A stretch of DNA of 40,111 bases from a bacterium (GTDB taxonomy: Bacteria; Patescibacteriota; Microgenomatia; Levybacterales; UBA12049). The stretch spans positions 1-40,111 of the forward strand of contig JAKALN010000003.1 of assembly GCA_021824155.1 (NCBI GenBank), in the 5' to 3' direction. Below, piece by piece: positions 22,273-31,516 of the stretch (its first letter is position 1; the number at the start of each line of letters is the position of its first letter). Below the pieces are notes generated by a model, which was not told where the DNA came from, made no database searches, and saw nothing but the letters and a program-made list of their open reading frames with translations. A program made the position numbers and the translations under genes.

Positions 22273-23098
22273 TCTTGTCGGAGACGTTTTTCATTCCCTG
22301 TTGTTTGTGCCAATGATAAATATCTTGGTTGCGGTTTATAAAGCTCTAATTTTTGTTCATCTTCCCTTTGCTCTCGGTTTTTCAATAATTATTTTAACAA
22401 TTATTATTCGTTTCATCCTTTATCCCCTGACAGCTTCTCAGCTTAAGGCCTCAAAAAAAATGCAGGAATTAAATCCACACCTGGCAAGGCTTAAGGCAAA
22501 GCATAAAAACGACGCAAAAACCTTGCAGCAGGAAACAATGAAGTTATATAAAGAACATGGTGTAAATCCTGCAGCCGGGTGCCTTCCTGTAATCGTTCAG
22601 CTTCCGATAATCTGGGCCTTGTATGCTACTCTTCAGCAGATAGTGCACATGACACCTGTTGCGGTAAATAAAATAGTTTATTCCGATTTTTTGAAAATAA
22701 GCAAACAATGGGATCCTAATTTCTTTGGCGTCTCCCTTGCAAGTAACCCTTCCCATCTTATAAGTACTGTTGGACCAATCATTTTGGTAGTCCCTCTTTT
22801 AACGGCACTTCTCCAGTTTATCCAGTCAAAAATGCTTTTTGCAAAGCCTCCTCAGCCGGAAGAATTAGTTAAAGATATAGAAAAAAAGAAAAATGAAGAT
22901 TTTGCCACCGCTTTTCAGTCGCAATCCTTGTACATATTTCCGCTTATGATAGGATTTTTCTCTTACACTTTCCCGATAGGACTATCTTTATACTGGAATA
23001 CGTTTACGATTTTTGGTATTATACAGCAATACAAAATTTCAGGCTTAGGCGGACTTGAAGAATGGATAAATAAAATCTATGGCAAAAAAGGAAAATAA
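22265..23098 (+). CDS. yidC: Membrane protein insertase YidC/Oxa1 family (short form)
   Basis: 277 aa, multi-TM. LYKEHGVNPAAGCLPVIVQLPIIWALY motif. Synteny supports the call. Confidence 0.92.
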   Translation: MFNLVGDVFHSLLFVPMINILVAVYKALIFVHLPFALGFSIIILTIIIRFILYPLTASQLKASKKMQELNPHLARLKAKHKNDAKTLQQETMKLYKEHGVNPAAGCLPVIVQLPIIWALYATLQQIVHMTPVAVNKIVYSDFLKISKQWDPNFFGVSLASNPSHLISTVGPIILVVPLLTALLQFIQSKMLFAKPPQPEELVKDIEKKKNEDFATAFQSQSLYIFPLMIGFFSYTFPIGLSLYWNTFTIFGIIQQYKISGLGGLEEWINKIYGKKGK

Positions 23099-23534
23099 AA
23101 AAATAAAAGATACAGCGGAAAAACTTTTTAAACTTCTTGAAATTGAAGGGGGATTCGAGATTTCCGAAACCGAAGAAGCAATTGAAATAAACCTCGACAC
23201 CCAAGACAGCGGAATTGTAATTGGGTACCACGGTGATACCCTGGAGTCTTTGCAGCTTGTTCTTTCATTATGTTTTGCCAAACAAACAGGAGAATTTAAA
23301 AGAGTGTCTATAGAGGTTGGAGAGTATAAGAAAAAAAGAGAGGAATGGTTAAAAACACTTGCTTTGGAAACAAAAGAAAAAGTGCTTTCCCAAAATAAAG
23401 AAGTATACCTTTCCGATTTAAAATCCTGGGAAAGAAGGGTTGTTCATCTGCTTTTACAAGATGATCAGGAAGTTGTTTCAGAATCTATTGGAGAAGGTAA
23501 GGATAGGGTTTTGGTTGTTAAACCAAAAAACTAA
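23079..23534 (+). CDS. jag: Jag/KhpB-like RNA-binding protein (KH plus R3H domains)
   Basis: 151 aa. LKSWERRVVHLLLQDDQEVVSESIGEGKDRVLVVKP is R3H-like. Canonical position after yidC. Confidence 0.8.
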   Translation: MAKKENKKIKDTAEKLFKLLEIEGGFEISETEEAIEINLDTQDSGIVIGYHGDTLESLQLVLSLCFAKQTGEFKRVSIEVGEYKKKREEWLKTLALETKEKVLSQNKEVYLSDLKSWERRVVHLLLQDDQEVVSESIGEGKDRVLVVKPKN

Positions 23535-24840
23535 ATATTCCCACGTCTTTTTTTATTTTCTCCTTATTTTTTTGCCGACCCAATTTGGCAGACATTTTTG
23601 GCCCGATTTTTCTTATATTTACGGAATAAGGGTAGATTATTTATCCCCCACTTTTTATTTTACCGATTTACTAATTGTTCTATTGCTGACGTCATGGATT
23701 CTTGAAAATATTAATTGGTCTCATCGGATAAAAATAAGCAAAAAAACATTTATTAAAATGGCTGCGTTTTTGTTAGTCGTGCTTTTTTTGATTTTAGGAA
23801 TTATAATCTCCGAAAGTCCTCCAGCCGGATGGTACGGGTTAATAAAGTTTTTTGAATTTTCTTTTTTGATTTCCTATACCGCGAAAAATTTTAGAAAGCT
23901 AAACAAAAAGCTAATTTATTCGAGTTTTTTTATAGGAGTTTTTTTTGAATCATTATTAACAATCTTTCAATACATAAATCAGGGTTCAGTAGGCGGAGTC
24001 ATGTATTTTTTGGGAGAAAGAAGTTTTAATCCCGAAACACCCGGCATTGCAAACGCCTCTATTAACGGACAGTTATTCCTGCGGCCATATGGAACCTTCT
24101 CACACCCCAATGTTTTAGCAGCCTATTTATTTATTTCCATGTATCTAATTTTACTTTTATCCACACGGCTTAACTTTAAGTATAAAAAACTCTTTACATA
24201 TTTCATTTTGTTTTTAGGAACAGTGTCAATTTTTCTGTCATTTTCAAGAACTGCGATTTTTATTTGGACATTTTCTTTATGTATGTTTTTTATACCAATA
24301 TTTTGGAAAAAAACTGGAATAGATTTTGTAAAGAAATTTAAATTTAAAGCTGCAGAGAGCTTAGCGGCATTTGCTTTTATTTTAGTTATTGTTATTGTTG
24401 CGTTTTATTCTCCTATACCGGGACGTTTTTCAAATATCTCCCTTTCCGATGAAAGCATAGTACAAAGGGAGCAGCTTATGAAAGATGCCGTGGTTATTTT
24501 TAATAAAAATTTTTTTTGGGGGACCGGCTTAAATAATTTTTTAATAAACCTTCCGCCGGCTGAAAAAAATTTGCACCAGCCTTTTTATCTTCAGCCGGTT
24601 CATAATATTTTTTTTCTGGTCATTGCGGAAACCGGAATTCCCGGATTCACATTGTTTTTAATTTTATTAACGGCCATTTTTATAAGAATTAAAAGCAACA
24701 GGGAGGCCTTGATTTTATTCTTAGGAGTAATTTTTCTTGGTTTGTTTGACCATTATTTTCTTACTCTTCAGCAGGGACAAATTTTGTTTTCCCTGTTAAT
24801 AGGGATTGCACTTTCTTTCCCAAAAAACGCACAAAGGTGA
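23515..24840 (+). CDS. O-antigen ligase/polymerase-like (Wzy_C family) integral membrane protein; start uncertain
   Basis: ORF-track frame 23440..24840. The 23440 TTG start would overlap jag by 95 nt, so in-frame TTG 23515 is preferred. About 10 or more TM helices. LSFSRTAIF and HNIFFLVIAETGIPGF resemble Wzy_C motifs. Confidence 0.7.
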   Translation: MLNQKTKYSHVFFYFLLIFLPTQFGRHFWPDFSYIYGIRVDYLSPTFYFTDLLIVLLLTSWILENINWSHRIKISKKTFIKMAAFLLVVLFLILGIIISESPPAGWYGLIKFFEFSFLISYTAKNFRKLNKKLIYSSFFIGVFFESLLTIFQYINQGSVGGVMYFLGERSFNPETPGIANASINGQLFLRPYGTFSHPNVLAAYLFISMYLILLLSTRLNFKYKKLFTYFILFLGTVSIFLSFSRTAIFIWTFSLCMFFIPIFWKKTGIDFVKKFKFKAAESLAAFAFILVIVIVAFYSPIPGRFSNISLSDESIVQREQLMKDAVVIFNKNFFWGTGLNNFLINLPPAEKNLHQPFYLQPVHNIFFLVIAETGIPGFTLFLILLTAIFIRIKSNREALILFLGVIFLGLFDHYFLTLQQGQILFSLLIGIALSFPKNAQR

Positions 24841-24853
24841 TAATATAATTTAT

Positions 24854-26104
24854 ATGTTCCATTTTACCGTAGCAAAAAACACCATATATCAAATTCTTGC
24901 CAAGGCGACCACCTCTTTTGTAGGATTTTTAATCACAATAATTATTGCAAGGGAATTTGGAGTTGTCGGTTACGGCGATTTCACGAAAATAACGGCCTTT
25001 ATTGCCCTGTTTTATCTTTTTGTTGATTTTGGTCTAAATGCGGTATATCTGCAGCAAGAAGAAGGGGAGGATAAAAACGCAAATAAATTTTTCTATCTTA
25101 GAATAGGGTTTACTTTTTTTATTTTCGCCGTATCAAATATAGTCGCTTTTTTTCTTCCGTTTAATAAAGCGTTAGATTTAGGCTTTTCTCCCTTTATCCG
25201 GCTTGGAATATTTATTTATTCTTTTTCGCTTTTTAGCCAGGCTGTTTTGACTTCTGCTTCTGCGTTTTTCCAAAAAAAATTAAATTACTTTCCTTATTTT
25301 ATTTCTGTTTTTATCGGCTCTTTAATAAACTTAGGAGTAGTTTTTATTTTTACATATTTAGGCTTTTCAATTCTTTATATTGTTTTTTCTTTTGTCATAA
25401 GCGGTTTTATAACAGGGTTAACTTCACTTTATTATATAAGAGATAAAATTTTTCCCGTATCTTTTGATTATGCCCTTTCCAAAAAACTTCTTGTAAACGC
25501 TTTTCCTATAGGCATAATGCTTGTTTTTAACCTTATTTATTTTAGGGCGGATATGTTTTTGCTTTCACTTCTAAAACCGGCAAGGGACGTTGGAATATAC
25601 GGTTTATCTTATAAATTCTTTGATTTTCTTCTTGCGCTTCCGCTTTTTTTGTCTAACGCCCTGTATCCGTTTCTTCTTGCGAATAAGAACAGTCCGCAAA
25701 AGTTTTTTAGAATAGTAAAGCGCTATCTGGTTGTATTTTTATTTTTTTCATTTGCGGTTGTGGTCCCTTTTTGGTTTTTATCGCCATTTTTGACTTTAAT
25801 AAAATCGGATTATTTCCCCGCAATCGTCCCCTTTAGAATACTTCTTGTTTCGATACCCTTTTTCTTTTTAACAAGTTTTCTTCAGTGGATTCTTATTAGT
25901 CTTAAGAAACAAAGATTTTTGGCATTTATATATGCGGTATCTACGGTTATAAATATTGTTTTAAATTTAATTTTAATTCCTCAGTTTTCATATATTGCTT
26001 CGGCCGCAATAACCGGAATTTCCGAAGTTTTCATTTTTGCACTATTGGCGTTTAAGGTCTATTCTGTTAAAATTTTCCTATTAAAAAAGGAACGAAATGA
26101 ATAA
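24854..26104 (+). CDS. MOP/Wzx-type polysaccharide (oligosaccharide) flippase
   Basis: ATG 24854 is in frame within ORF 24806..26104. N-terminus KNTIYQILAKATTSFVGFLITIIIAREFG. About 12-14 TM helices, typical of Polysacc_synt-family flippases. Confidence 0.75.
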   Translation: MFHFTVAKNTIYQILAKATTSFVGFLITIIIAREFGVVGYGDFTKITAFIALFYLFVDFGLNAVYLQQEEGEDKNANKFFYLRIGFTFFIFAVSNIVAFFLPFNKALDLGFSPFIRLGIFIYSFSLFSQAVLTSASAFFQKKLNYFPYFISVFIGSLINLGVVFIFTYLGFSILYIVFSFVISGFITGLTSLYYIRDKIFPVSFDYALSKKLLVNAFPIGIMLVFNLIYFRADMFLLSLLKPARDVGIYGLSYKFFDFLLALPLFLSNALYPFLLANKNSPQKFFRIVKRYLVVFLFFSFAVVVPFWFLSPFLTLIKSDYFPAIVPFRILLVSIPFFFLTSFLQWILISLKKQRFLAFIYAVSTVINIVLNLILIPQFSYIASAAITGISEVFIFALLAFKVYSVKIFLLKKERNE

Positions 26105-26519
26105 CGTTTATATATATACAGACGGTGGGGCAAGGGGCAATCCCGGTCCGGCGGCCCTTGGAGTTTATATAACCAATGATAAAGGAACCAAGCTTGCCTC
26201 AATGGGTAAAAGAATTGGTGATGCGACAAACAATGTAGCAGAGTACAGGGCAGTAATAGAAGCTCTTTCTTGGCTGATTGAAAATAAAGAAAATATAGAA
26301 AAAGACACAAAGGTCACTTTTTATCTGGACTCACAGTTGGTTTATTCTCAAATAAAAGGATTGTTTAAGGTTAAATCGGAAAGTATCAGGGAATTGGTTT
26401 ATACGGTTAGAAAAAAACTTGAAGCAATAGAATACGCAGTTGAATGGAACCATATCCCCAGGGAAAAAAATAAAAAAGCAGACGAACTTGTAAACTTAGC
26501 CCTAGACAACCTTATCTAG
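26097..26519 (+). CDS. rnhA: Ribonuclease HI
   Basis: 140 aa. DEDD catalytic pattern in the correct order: YTDGGARGNPG, NNVAEY, YLDSQLV, KKADELVN. Confidence 0.85.
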   Translation: MNNVYIYTDGGARGNPGPAALGVYITNDKGTKLASMGKRIGDATNNVAEYRAVIEALSWLIENKENIEKDTKVTFYLDSQLVYSQIKGLFKVKSESIRELVYTVRKKLEAIEYAVEWNHIPREKNKKADELVNLALDNLI

Positions 26520-26537
26520 AATTCCTACAATTAGTTT

Positions 26538-29213
26538 GTGGCGAGGTCTTCTTTTATTACGTCGGAAAGAAACGAAGAAAACCCCATACTAATAGTTGAT
26601 AGAGTTGGGGCAATAGGTGATTTACTCCTTAGTCAGTTAAAAGACGAGTCTCTGGTTGTGTACGTAAGTCAAAAACAGCCCTCGGTGTCGGATAACGTAG
26701 TACACATTCCTTTTTTAAAAAAAATTCCTACAGTTCCGGATAATACTTACTCCCACATTTTTATAATAGACGACGGTACAAAGGCAACGAAAGACTCTCT
26801 CCCGAGTTTTATAAAAAAAGCGCAAAACGACAGGGGAGTATTTTTGTTTGCAACGCCAATCTCAAATATAAATGAAAAATATGTGCAGGGAATTTTAAAT
26901 ATTTATTCAAAAGCCAAGGTTGTTGTTTTTGGAGATGTATTTTTTAAGGATTTTATTTTTGATTCAAAAACGATTGTAAATAAATTTATTTATGAATCAC
27001 AAAATTTTGGGAAAATTAATGTTCCGGGGGACGGGACAAGGACAACATATCCCGTTTTTGCCGAAGATGTAGTTTCCGGAATTTTTGAGGCGGTGTTTGG
27101 TGAGGGCCAGAACAAAAACCTTTTCTATTTGTTCCCAAAACACGGAGCAACAAATATTACGCTTGCCCACATGATTCAAAAAATAAATCCGTCCGTGACT
27201 ATAGATTTTACAAAAGAAAAGAAATCAGATCAGAGTAATTTCGTTTTTTATCCCGAAGCAACATACCTTCTTGGGGAATATGATCTGGAAGAAAAAATAA
27301 AAAAAGTGGAACAAAAAAAAGACTACAAAGCGTTTCCTGCTTCGGCAAAGCCCGAAGAAGAAAAAAGGGGAAGATTTATTCTTCCGTTTTTTTGGCTTTT
27401 ATTTTGTATTGCGTTTTTTTTGTTTTTACCTCTTTTAACCACTTTGGGAGCGTCATTTTTAGGGCTGGAATCTTTAAAAAACTCCAAATCGGCTTTGGAT
27501 AAAGGCGATTTTGTTACTGCCCAAAGCAATATAGTAAGCGCGAATAAATTTTTTTCTCTGGCTCAAGGCACCTCAATGATACTTTTTTCAGAAGGAGAAT
27601 TAATAGGGCAGCCTAATATTTTTTCCACATTAAACAGCGACGTAAGCATGGGAAAAGATGTTTCAACTGCGGGGGTTTATCTTTTAAACGCATCAAGTTC
27701 TCTTGCAAAAGCGCTGTCGGGTAATCCGGCGGACGCAGCCTCCAATTTTACCGACGCTTCCAATTATCTTAAAAATGCCATTGTTATCTTTGAAAAAGAA
27801 AAAGCACAGGGGCAAAATTTCGCAAACATAACGGAAAAAATAGACCCGCTGATTACTTTTGCGTCAAATACAGTAAATGTATGGCCCGACCTTTTAGGAT
27901 ACAACGGCAAAAAGACATATATGATTCTTTTTCAAAACAATATGGAGCTTAGGCCCGGGGGAGGATTTATAGGTTCATACGGGATATTGAATTTAGACAA
28001 AGGCAAAGTTTCGGATTTTAAAATTTATGACGTGTATGACGCAGACGGACAATTAAAAGGACACGTAGAGCCGCCATTTGCCATCAGGCGTTATCTTGCG
28101 TCTGTCCACTGGTATTTAAGAGATAGTAATTTTAACGTCAGCTATGTTGATTCTGCTGCACAGGCTGCAAACTTTTTAAACATAGAAAAAGGGCAGATGG
28201 TTAACGGAGTAATCGGAGTTGACCTTTCTTTTGTAAAAAACATACTGAATGCAATGGGGGAAGTAAATGTTCCCGAGTATAATGAAAAAGTTAACTCCGA
28301 AAACGTCTTTCAGCTGACGGAGACACATGCGGAAAAGAATTTTTTTCCGGGCTCTACCCAAAAAAAAGATTTTCTAAGATCCTTGCTGGTCGCGATGGAA
28401 AATAAAATAACGGCAAAAAAAGGTATTTCCTATCTTTCCCTGGCTAAGGCAATCGGCGATTCAATTTCCCAAAAACATATACTTTTTGCATTCGATAACT
28501 CAAGTATCCAGAACCTTTTTACGGTTAACGGATGGTCGTCCTCTTTATGGGACGATAGGAGCTCCGATCCTAATGTAACAAACGATTTTATAGGCATAAA
28601 TGAGGCAAACCTTGGAATAAATAAAGACAACTACTTTATTAAAAGAAGCGTCTCTCAAGTAGTTAACATCGATGATAAGGGAAACGTGGAAGGAAATCTT
28701 ATGGTTGCATATAAAAATACAAATACAAATGGAGTTTGGCCCGGGGGGATTTATAAAAATTATATTAGGTTTATCCTGCCTCTTGGTGCAAGCGTAACTG
28801 CGGTAAAAATTAATGGACAGGTTCAAACTACGGTAGATGCAATTACAGACCCGCAAATTTATGAAAATAAAAATTTTACTCCTCCCGATAAGCTTGAAGT
28901 GGAAAAATATGTTCAGGAGGGAAAAACAATATACGGATTTCTAACCATTGTACCTGTAAATTCATTACAGACAATAAGCATTGATTATTCCCTGCCTCAG
29001 CAGGTTTCGGTTTCGTCGCCAGAAATAAGTTATGATTTGAAGGTTTTTAAACAACCCGGGACAGACGAGTACCCATTTGATTTTTCCCTTACATATCCTT
29101 CATCCTTTAAGGTTATTTCAACAACAGACGGACAAGACTCCGACGGCAGAGTTACATATTCGACAAGCCTAAACAGCGACAAGGAAATTCTTGTAAATTT
29201 AGCCAAAAAATAA
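26538..29213 (+). CDS. Large envelope protein: degenerate Rossmann-like N-terminal domain, TM helix, DUF4012-like extracytoplasmic domain
   Basis: GTG start. N-terminal ILIVDRVGAIGDLLLSQL resembles an epimerase GxxGxxG motif with the first Gly lost. TM helix FILPFFWLLFCIAFFLFLPLLTTL. ILFQNNMELRPGGGFIGSYG matches the N.E.R..GG signature recalled for DUF4012. Confidence 0.7.
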   Translation: MARSSFITSERNEENPILIVDRVGAIGDLLLSQLKDESLVVYVSQKQPSVSDNVVHIPFLKKIPTVPDNTYSHIFIIDDGTKATKDSLPSFIKKAQNDRGVFLFATPISNINEKYVQGILNIYSKAKVVVFGDVFFKDFIFDSKTIVNKFIYESQNFGKINVPGDGTRTTYPVFAEDVVSGIFEAVFGEGQNKNLFYLFPKHGATNITLAHMIQKINPSVTIDFTKEKKSDQSNFVFYPEATYLLGEYDLEEKIKKVEQKKDYKAFPASAKPEEEKRGRFILPFFWLLFCIAFFLFLPLLTTLGASFLGLESLKNSKSALDKGDFVTAQSNIVSANKFFSLAQGTSMILFSEGELIGQPNIFSTLNSDVSMGKDVSTAGVYLLNASSSLAKALSGNPADAASNFTDASNYLKNAIVIFEKEKAQGQNFANITEKIDPLITFASNTVNVWPDLLGYNGKKTYMILFQNNMELRPGGGFIGSYGILNLDKGKVSDFKIYDVYDADGQLKGHVEPPFAIRRYLASVHWYLRDSNFNVSYVDSAAQAANFLNIEKGQMVNGVIGVDLSFVKNILNAMGEVNVPEYNEKVNSENVFQLTETHAEKNFFPGSTQKKDFLRSLLVAMENKITAKKGISYLSLAKAIGDSISQKHILFAFDNSSIQNLFTVNGWSSSLWDDRSSDPNVTNDFIGINEANLGINKDNYFIKRSVSQVVNIDDKGNVEGNLMVAYKNTNTNGVWPGGIYKNYIRFILPLGASVTAVKINGQVQTTVDAITDPQIYENKNFTPPDKLEVEKYVQEGKTIYGFLTIVPVNSLQTISIDYSLPQQVSVSSPEISYDLKVFKQPGTDEYPFDFSLTYPSSFKVISTTDGQDSDGRVTYSTSLNSDKEILVNLAKK

Positions 29214-29816
29214 CTTGTGGTCTTTGTTTCTCCTTATGTCTCTTCCGTAGGCTATAAGAAGCAGTGTAACCCTCGGCCAATCTTTTTTATCGAATAATTT
29301 CATCAGATCCTTTTCAATTTTTTCAGGATCGGTATTTTTTGTAAAACCCAATTCTTCGGAAACCTTTCTTACATGGGTATCAACAGCAATGCCTTCTATT
29401 TTCCCAAAGGCATTATAAAGGACAACGTTTGCAGTTTTTCTTCCTACTCCTGGAAGAGTAGTTAATTGGTCCATTGTTTTTGGAATCCTACCTTGGAATT
29501 TTTCCAGAATCTTTTGTGATGCAAGTTTAATGTTCTTCGCTTTTGTTTTGTATAAGCCTACAGAGTTAATATCTTTTTCCAGCTTGTTTAGATCTGCTTT
29601 TGCGAAATTAGATATTTCCTCAATTTCACTTTTACCTGCGTATTTTTTAAATAATATAGGAGTTATTTTGTTAACTTGTCTGTCTGTGGTTTGGGCGGAA
29701 AGCATGACGGAAATTAAAAGTTCAACATTATTGGAATAGGCAAGCGCTATTTTAGTATTGGGGTATTTTTTCTCCAATGCAGCCAAAATTTTTTTTGCTT
29801 TTTGTCTGTCCATCAA
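29199..29816 (-). CDS. nth: Endonuclease III-like HhH-GPD DNA glycosylase lacking the Fe-S cluster loop
   Basis: 205 aa. HhH-GPD LTTLPGVGRKTANVVL with catalytic Lys, and IAVDTHV with Asp. The protein has no Cys at all and ends ...LLLIAYGRDIRRNKDHKLFFG, where the 4-Cys loop normally starts. Confidence 0.8.
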   Translation of the reverse strand: MMDRQKAKKILAALEKKYPNTKIALAYSNNVELLISVMLSAQTTDRQVNKITPILFKKYAGKSEIEEISNFAKADLNKLEKDINSVGLYKTKAKNIKLASQKILEKFQGRIPKTMDQLTTLPGVGRKTANVVLYNAFGKIEGIAVDTHVRKVSEELGFTKNTDPEKIEKDLMKLFDKKDWPRVTLLLIAYGRDIRRNKDHKLFFG

Positions 29817-29838
29817 AAAGATTATACCTTAAAAAGAC

Positions 29839-30057
29839 TTATTCAGTAGATTTTTTTGCGGCATCAAAAACAGGAATTAATCTTGTTGTCTTTAAATCGA
29901 TTTCTCCCCGTTTTGCGATTATCTTTATTCCGGTATCGGGATGTATGAATCTTCCTACCCCGTCCTGTCCCTTAAAAGCATCGGCCGTTTCGCCGGGTTG
30001 GGCCAACAAGTCCGCCATGCTTCTTTCCGCTCCTGGTAAAAATTCTGCAAGTGACAT
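29839..30057 (-). CDS. Small hypothetical protein (72 aa)
   Basis: The only protein-like frame in this gap (MSLAEFLPGAERSMADLLAQPGETADAFKGQDGVGRFIHPDTGIKIIAKRGEIDL...). The overlapping plus-strand ORF looks like noise. No family recognised. Confidence 0.45.
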   Translation of the reverse strand: MSLAEFLPGAERSMADLLAQPGETADAFKGQDGVGRFIHPDTGIKIIAKRGEIDLKTTRLIPVFDAAKKSTE

Positions 30058-30139
30058 AAAAATACTATAGAAGGTTTATCTTCCATTCGCTTGACTCAAT
30101 AAAGACCGTTTTTTGACAAAAACCTGACAAAATAAATCA

Positions 30140-30168
30140 TTGATAAAAACCCGTAATGCAATTACAAT
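30140..30168 (+). promoter_or_regulatory. Sigma70-like promoter of the second ATPase-like/wHTH gene
   Basis: TTGATA (30140..30145), 17 nt, TACAAT (30163..30168), 12 nt before ATG 30181. Same hexamers as the promoter at 9686..9715. Confidence 0.5.
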
Positions 30169-30180
30169 AGGTGCACTAAT

Positions 30181-31485
30181 ATGGATAAAACAATAGGGGC
30201 GGCAAATTACCCGATATATTTTAGGAAAGAGGACGCAGAAGATTTGGGGGAGCATATAAGACACAGGCACTCGGTTGTTCTTTTGGGTATAAAAAGAGTA
30301 GGGATAAGTAATTTTCTTAATTTTTTTATTGGTAACAGGGAAGTGCAGGACACTTATGTTAAAGGGAAATCAAAACATCTTTTTATCCCCGTAGATTTAA
30401 ACGATTTGGTGGAAAGCGAAATTCAGCCGTTTTGGACGCTTACGTTAAAAAGAATAGTCGATGCCGTTGAGGTTTCTCCAATGAACCCTACTGTTAAAAA
30501 AGAAATAAGCGAATTATTCTTAGAAAGTATTCAGCTTCAGGATTTGTTTTTTACAATCGATAGCGTAAGGCTTTCGATTAAAAAGATAATAGACCAGGGA
30601 TATTTACCCACTCTTTTTCTGATAAGGTTCGATAGATTGATGAACTCGGTAACACCCGAATTATTTGCAAACCTTGCTGGGCTTAGAGACGGAGCGCATC
30701 AGCAGCTTTCTTATGTATTCACAAGTTTTTTGCCTTTTAAGCGGATTTTTCCGGATGTTTTTCAGCACGCGGCGCTTTTAGTTGGGTATAAAAACGTTTA
30801 TATAAAGCCGGCAAAAAAAGAAGACGAAAGGATAATTCTAAATACCTACAAGAAAAGATACGATGTTGAACTCGAGGACGAAACAGAAGAGTATTTGCTT
30901 AAGCTTGTTGACGGCCATTTCAGATATTTACAGCTGGCTCTTATTATTCTTCATGAGCGGGGAATGGCTAAAAAAAATAAAAAAGACCTTTTTGACTATC
31001 TTGTTTCCGACGAAGGGATTAGGCTGCAGTCAGAAGAGTTATGGGAAAACTTAAATAAGGACGAGCAGACAATCCTTCTTAAAATTGTAAAAAAAGAAAA
31101 AATATCAAAAGAGGAAAAGAAAAAAGGGGAATATTTATGGAACAGCGGTTTTATAAAAGACGATAATAATGATCAGAGAATATTTAATTCCTTTTTTGAA
31201 TATTATGTTAAAGAAAGAGAGAAAGAAGAGCAAAAAGAGAATTCGGCAGAGTTCAGCAAAAAAGAGCTTTTGCTTTTTAATTTTTTGAAAGACAATAAGA
31301 ATGAAATTTGCGAGAGGGAAAGAATTATAGAGGAAGTCTGGCCCGAGGAAGAGGAGATGGGAGTTTCGGATTGGGCAATAGATAAGCTTGTTGGAAGAGT
31401 TAGGGGAAAATTAAAAAACCAAAATAATAATTTTGAGATACAAACCGTTAAAACAAGGGGTTATAAACTTATAGAATCCGTTTGA
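30181..31485 (+). CDS. Paralog of 9726..11054: degenerate P-loop ATPase-like domain fused to an OmpR/PhoB-type winged helix
   Basis: Shares VTPELFANL (versus LTPDFFANL) and the overall layout with the first regulator. The Walker A position reads GIKRVGISNF, with no Lys/Arg-Ser/Thr. C-terminal FSKKELLLFNFLKDNKNEICERERIIEEVWP...DKLVGRVRGKLK...TVKTRGYKL is trans_reg_C-like. Confidence 0.7.
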   Translation: MDKTIGAANYPIYFRKEDAEDLGEHIRHRHSVVLLGIKRVGISNFLNFFIGNREVQDTYVKGKSKHLFIPVDLNDLVESEIQPFWTLTLKRIVDAVEVSPMNPTVKKEISELFLESIQLQDLFFTIDSVRLSIKKIIDQGYLPTLFLIRFDRLMNSVTPELFANLAGLRDGAHQQLSYVFTSFLPFKRIFPDVFQHAALLVGYKNVYIKPAKKEDERIILNTYKKRYDVELEDETEEYLLKLVDGHFRYLQLALIILHERGMAKKNKKDLFDYLVSDEGIRLQSEELWENLNKDEQTILLKIVKKEKISKEEKKKGEYLWNSGFIKDDNNDQRIFNSFFEYYVKEREKEEQKENSAEFSKKELLLFNFLKDNKNEICERERIIEEVWPEEEEMGVSDWAIDKLVGRVRGKLKNQNNNFEIQTVKTRGYKLIESV

Positions 31486-31516
31486 ACGCTTTTTGAGGCT
31501 ATGTTAGAATAAACTG

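Noticed and set aside
29777-30070. 97-aa plus-strand ORF overlapping the 72-aa minus-strand ORF
   Set aside because: The translation is hydrophobic and low-information (FFLLFVCPSKRLYLKK...), with no start context. The minus-strand frame is more protein-like, although itself only weakly supported.
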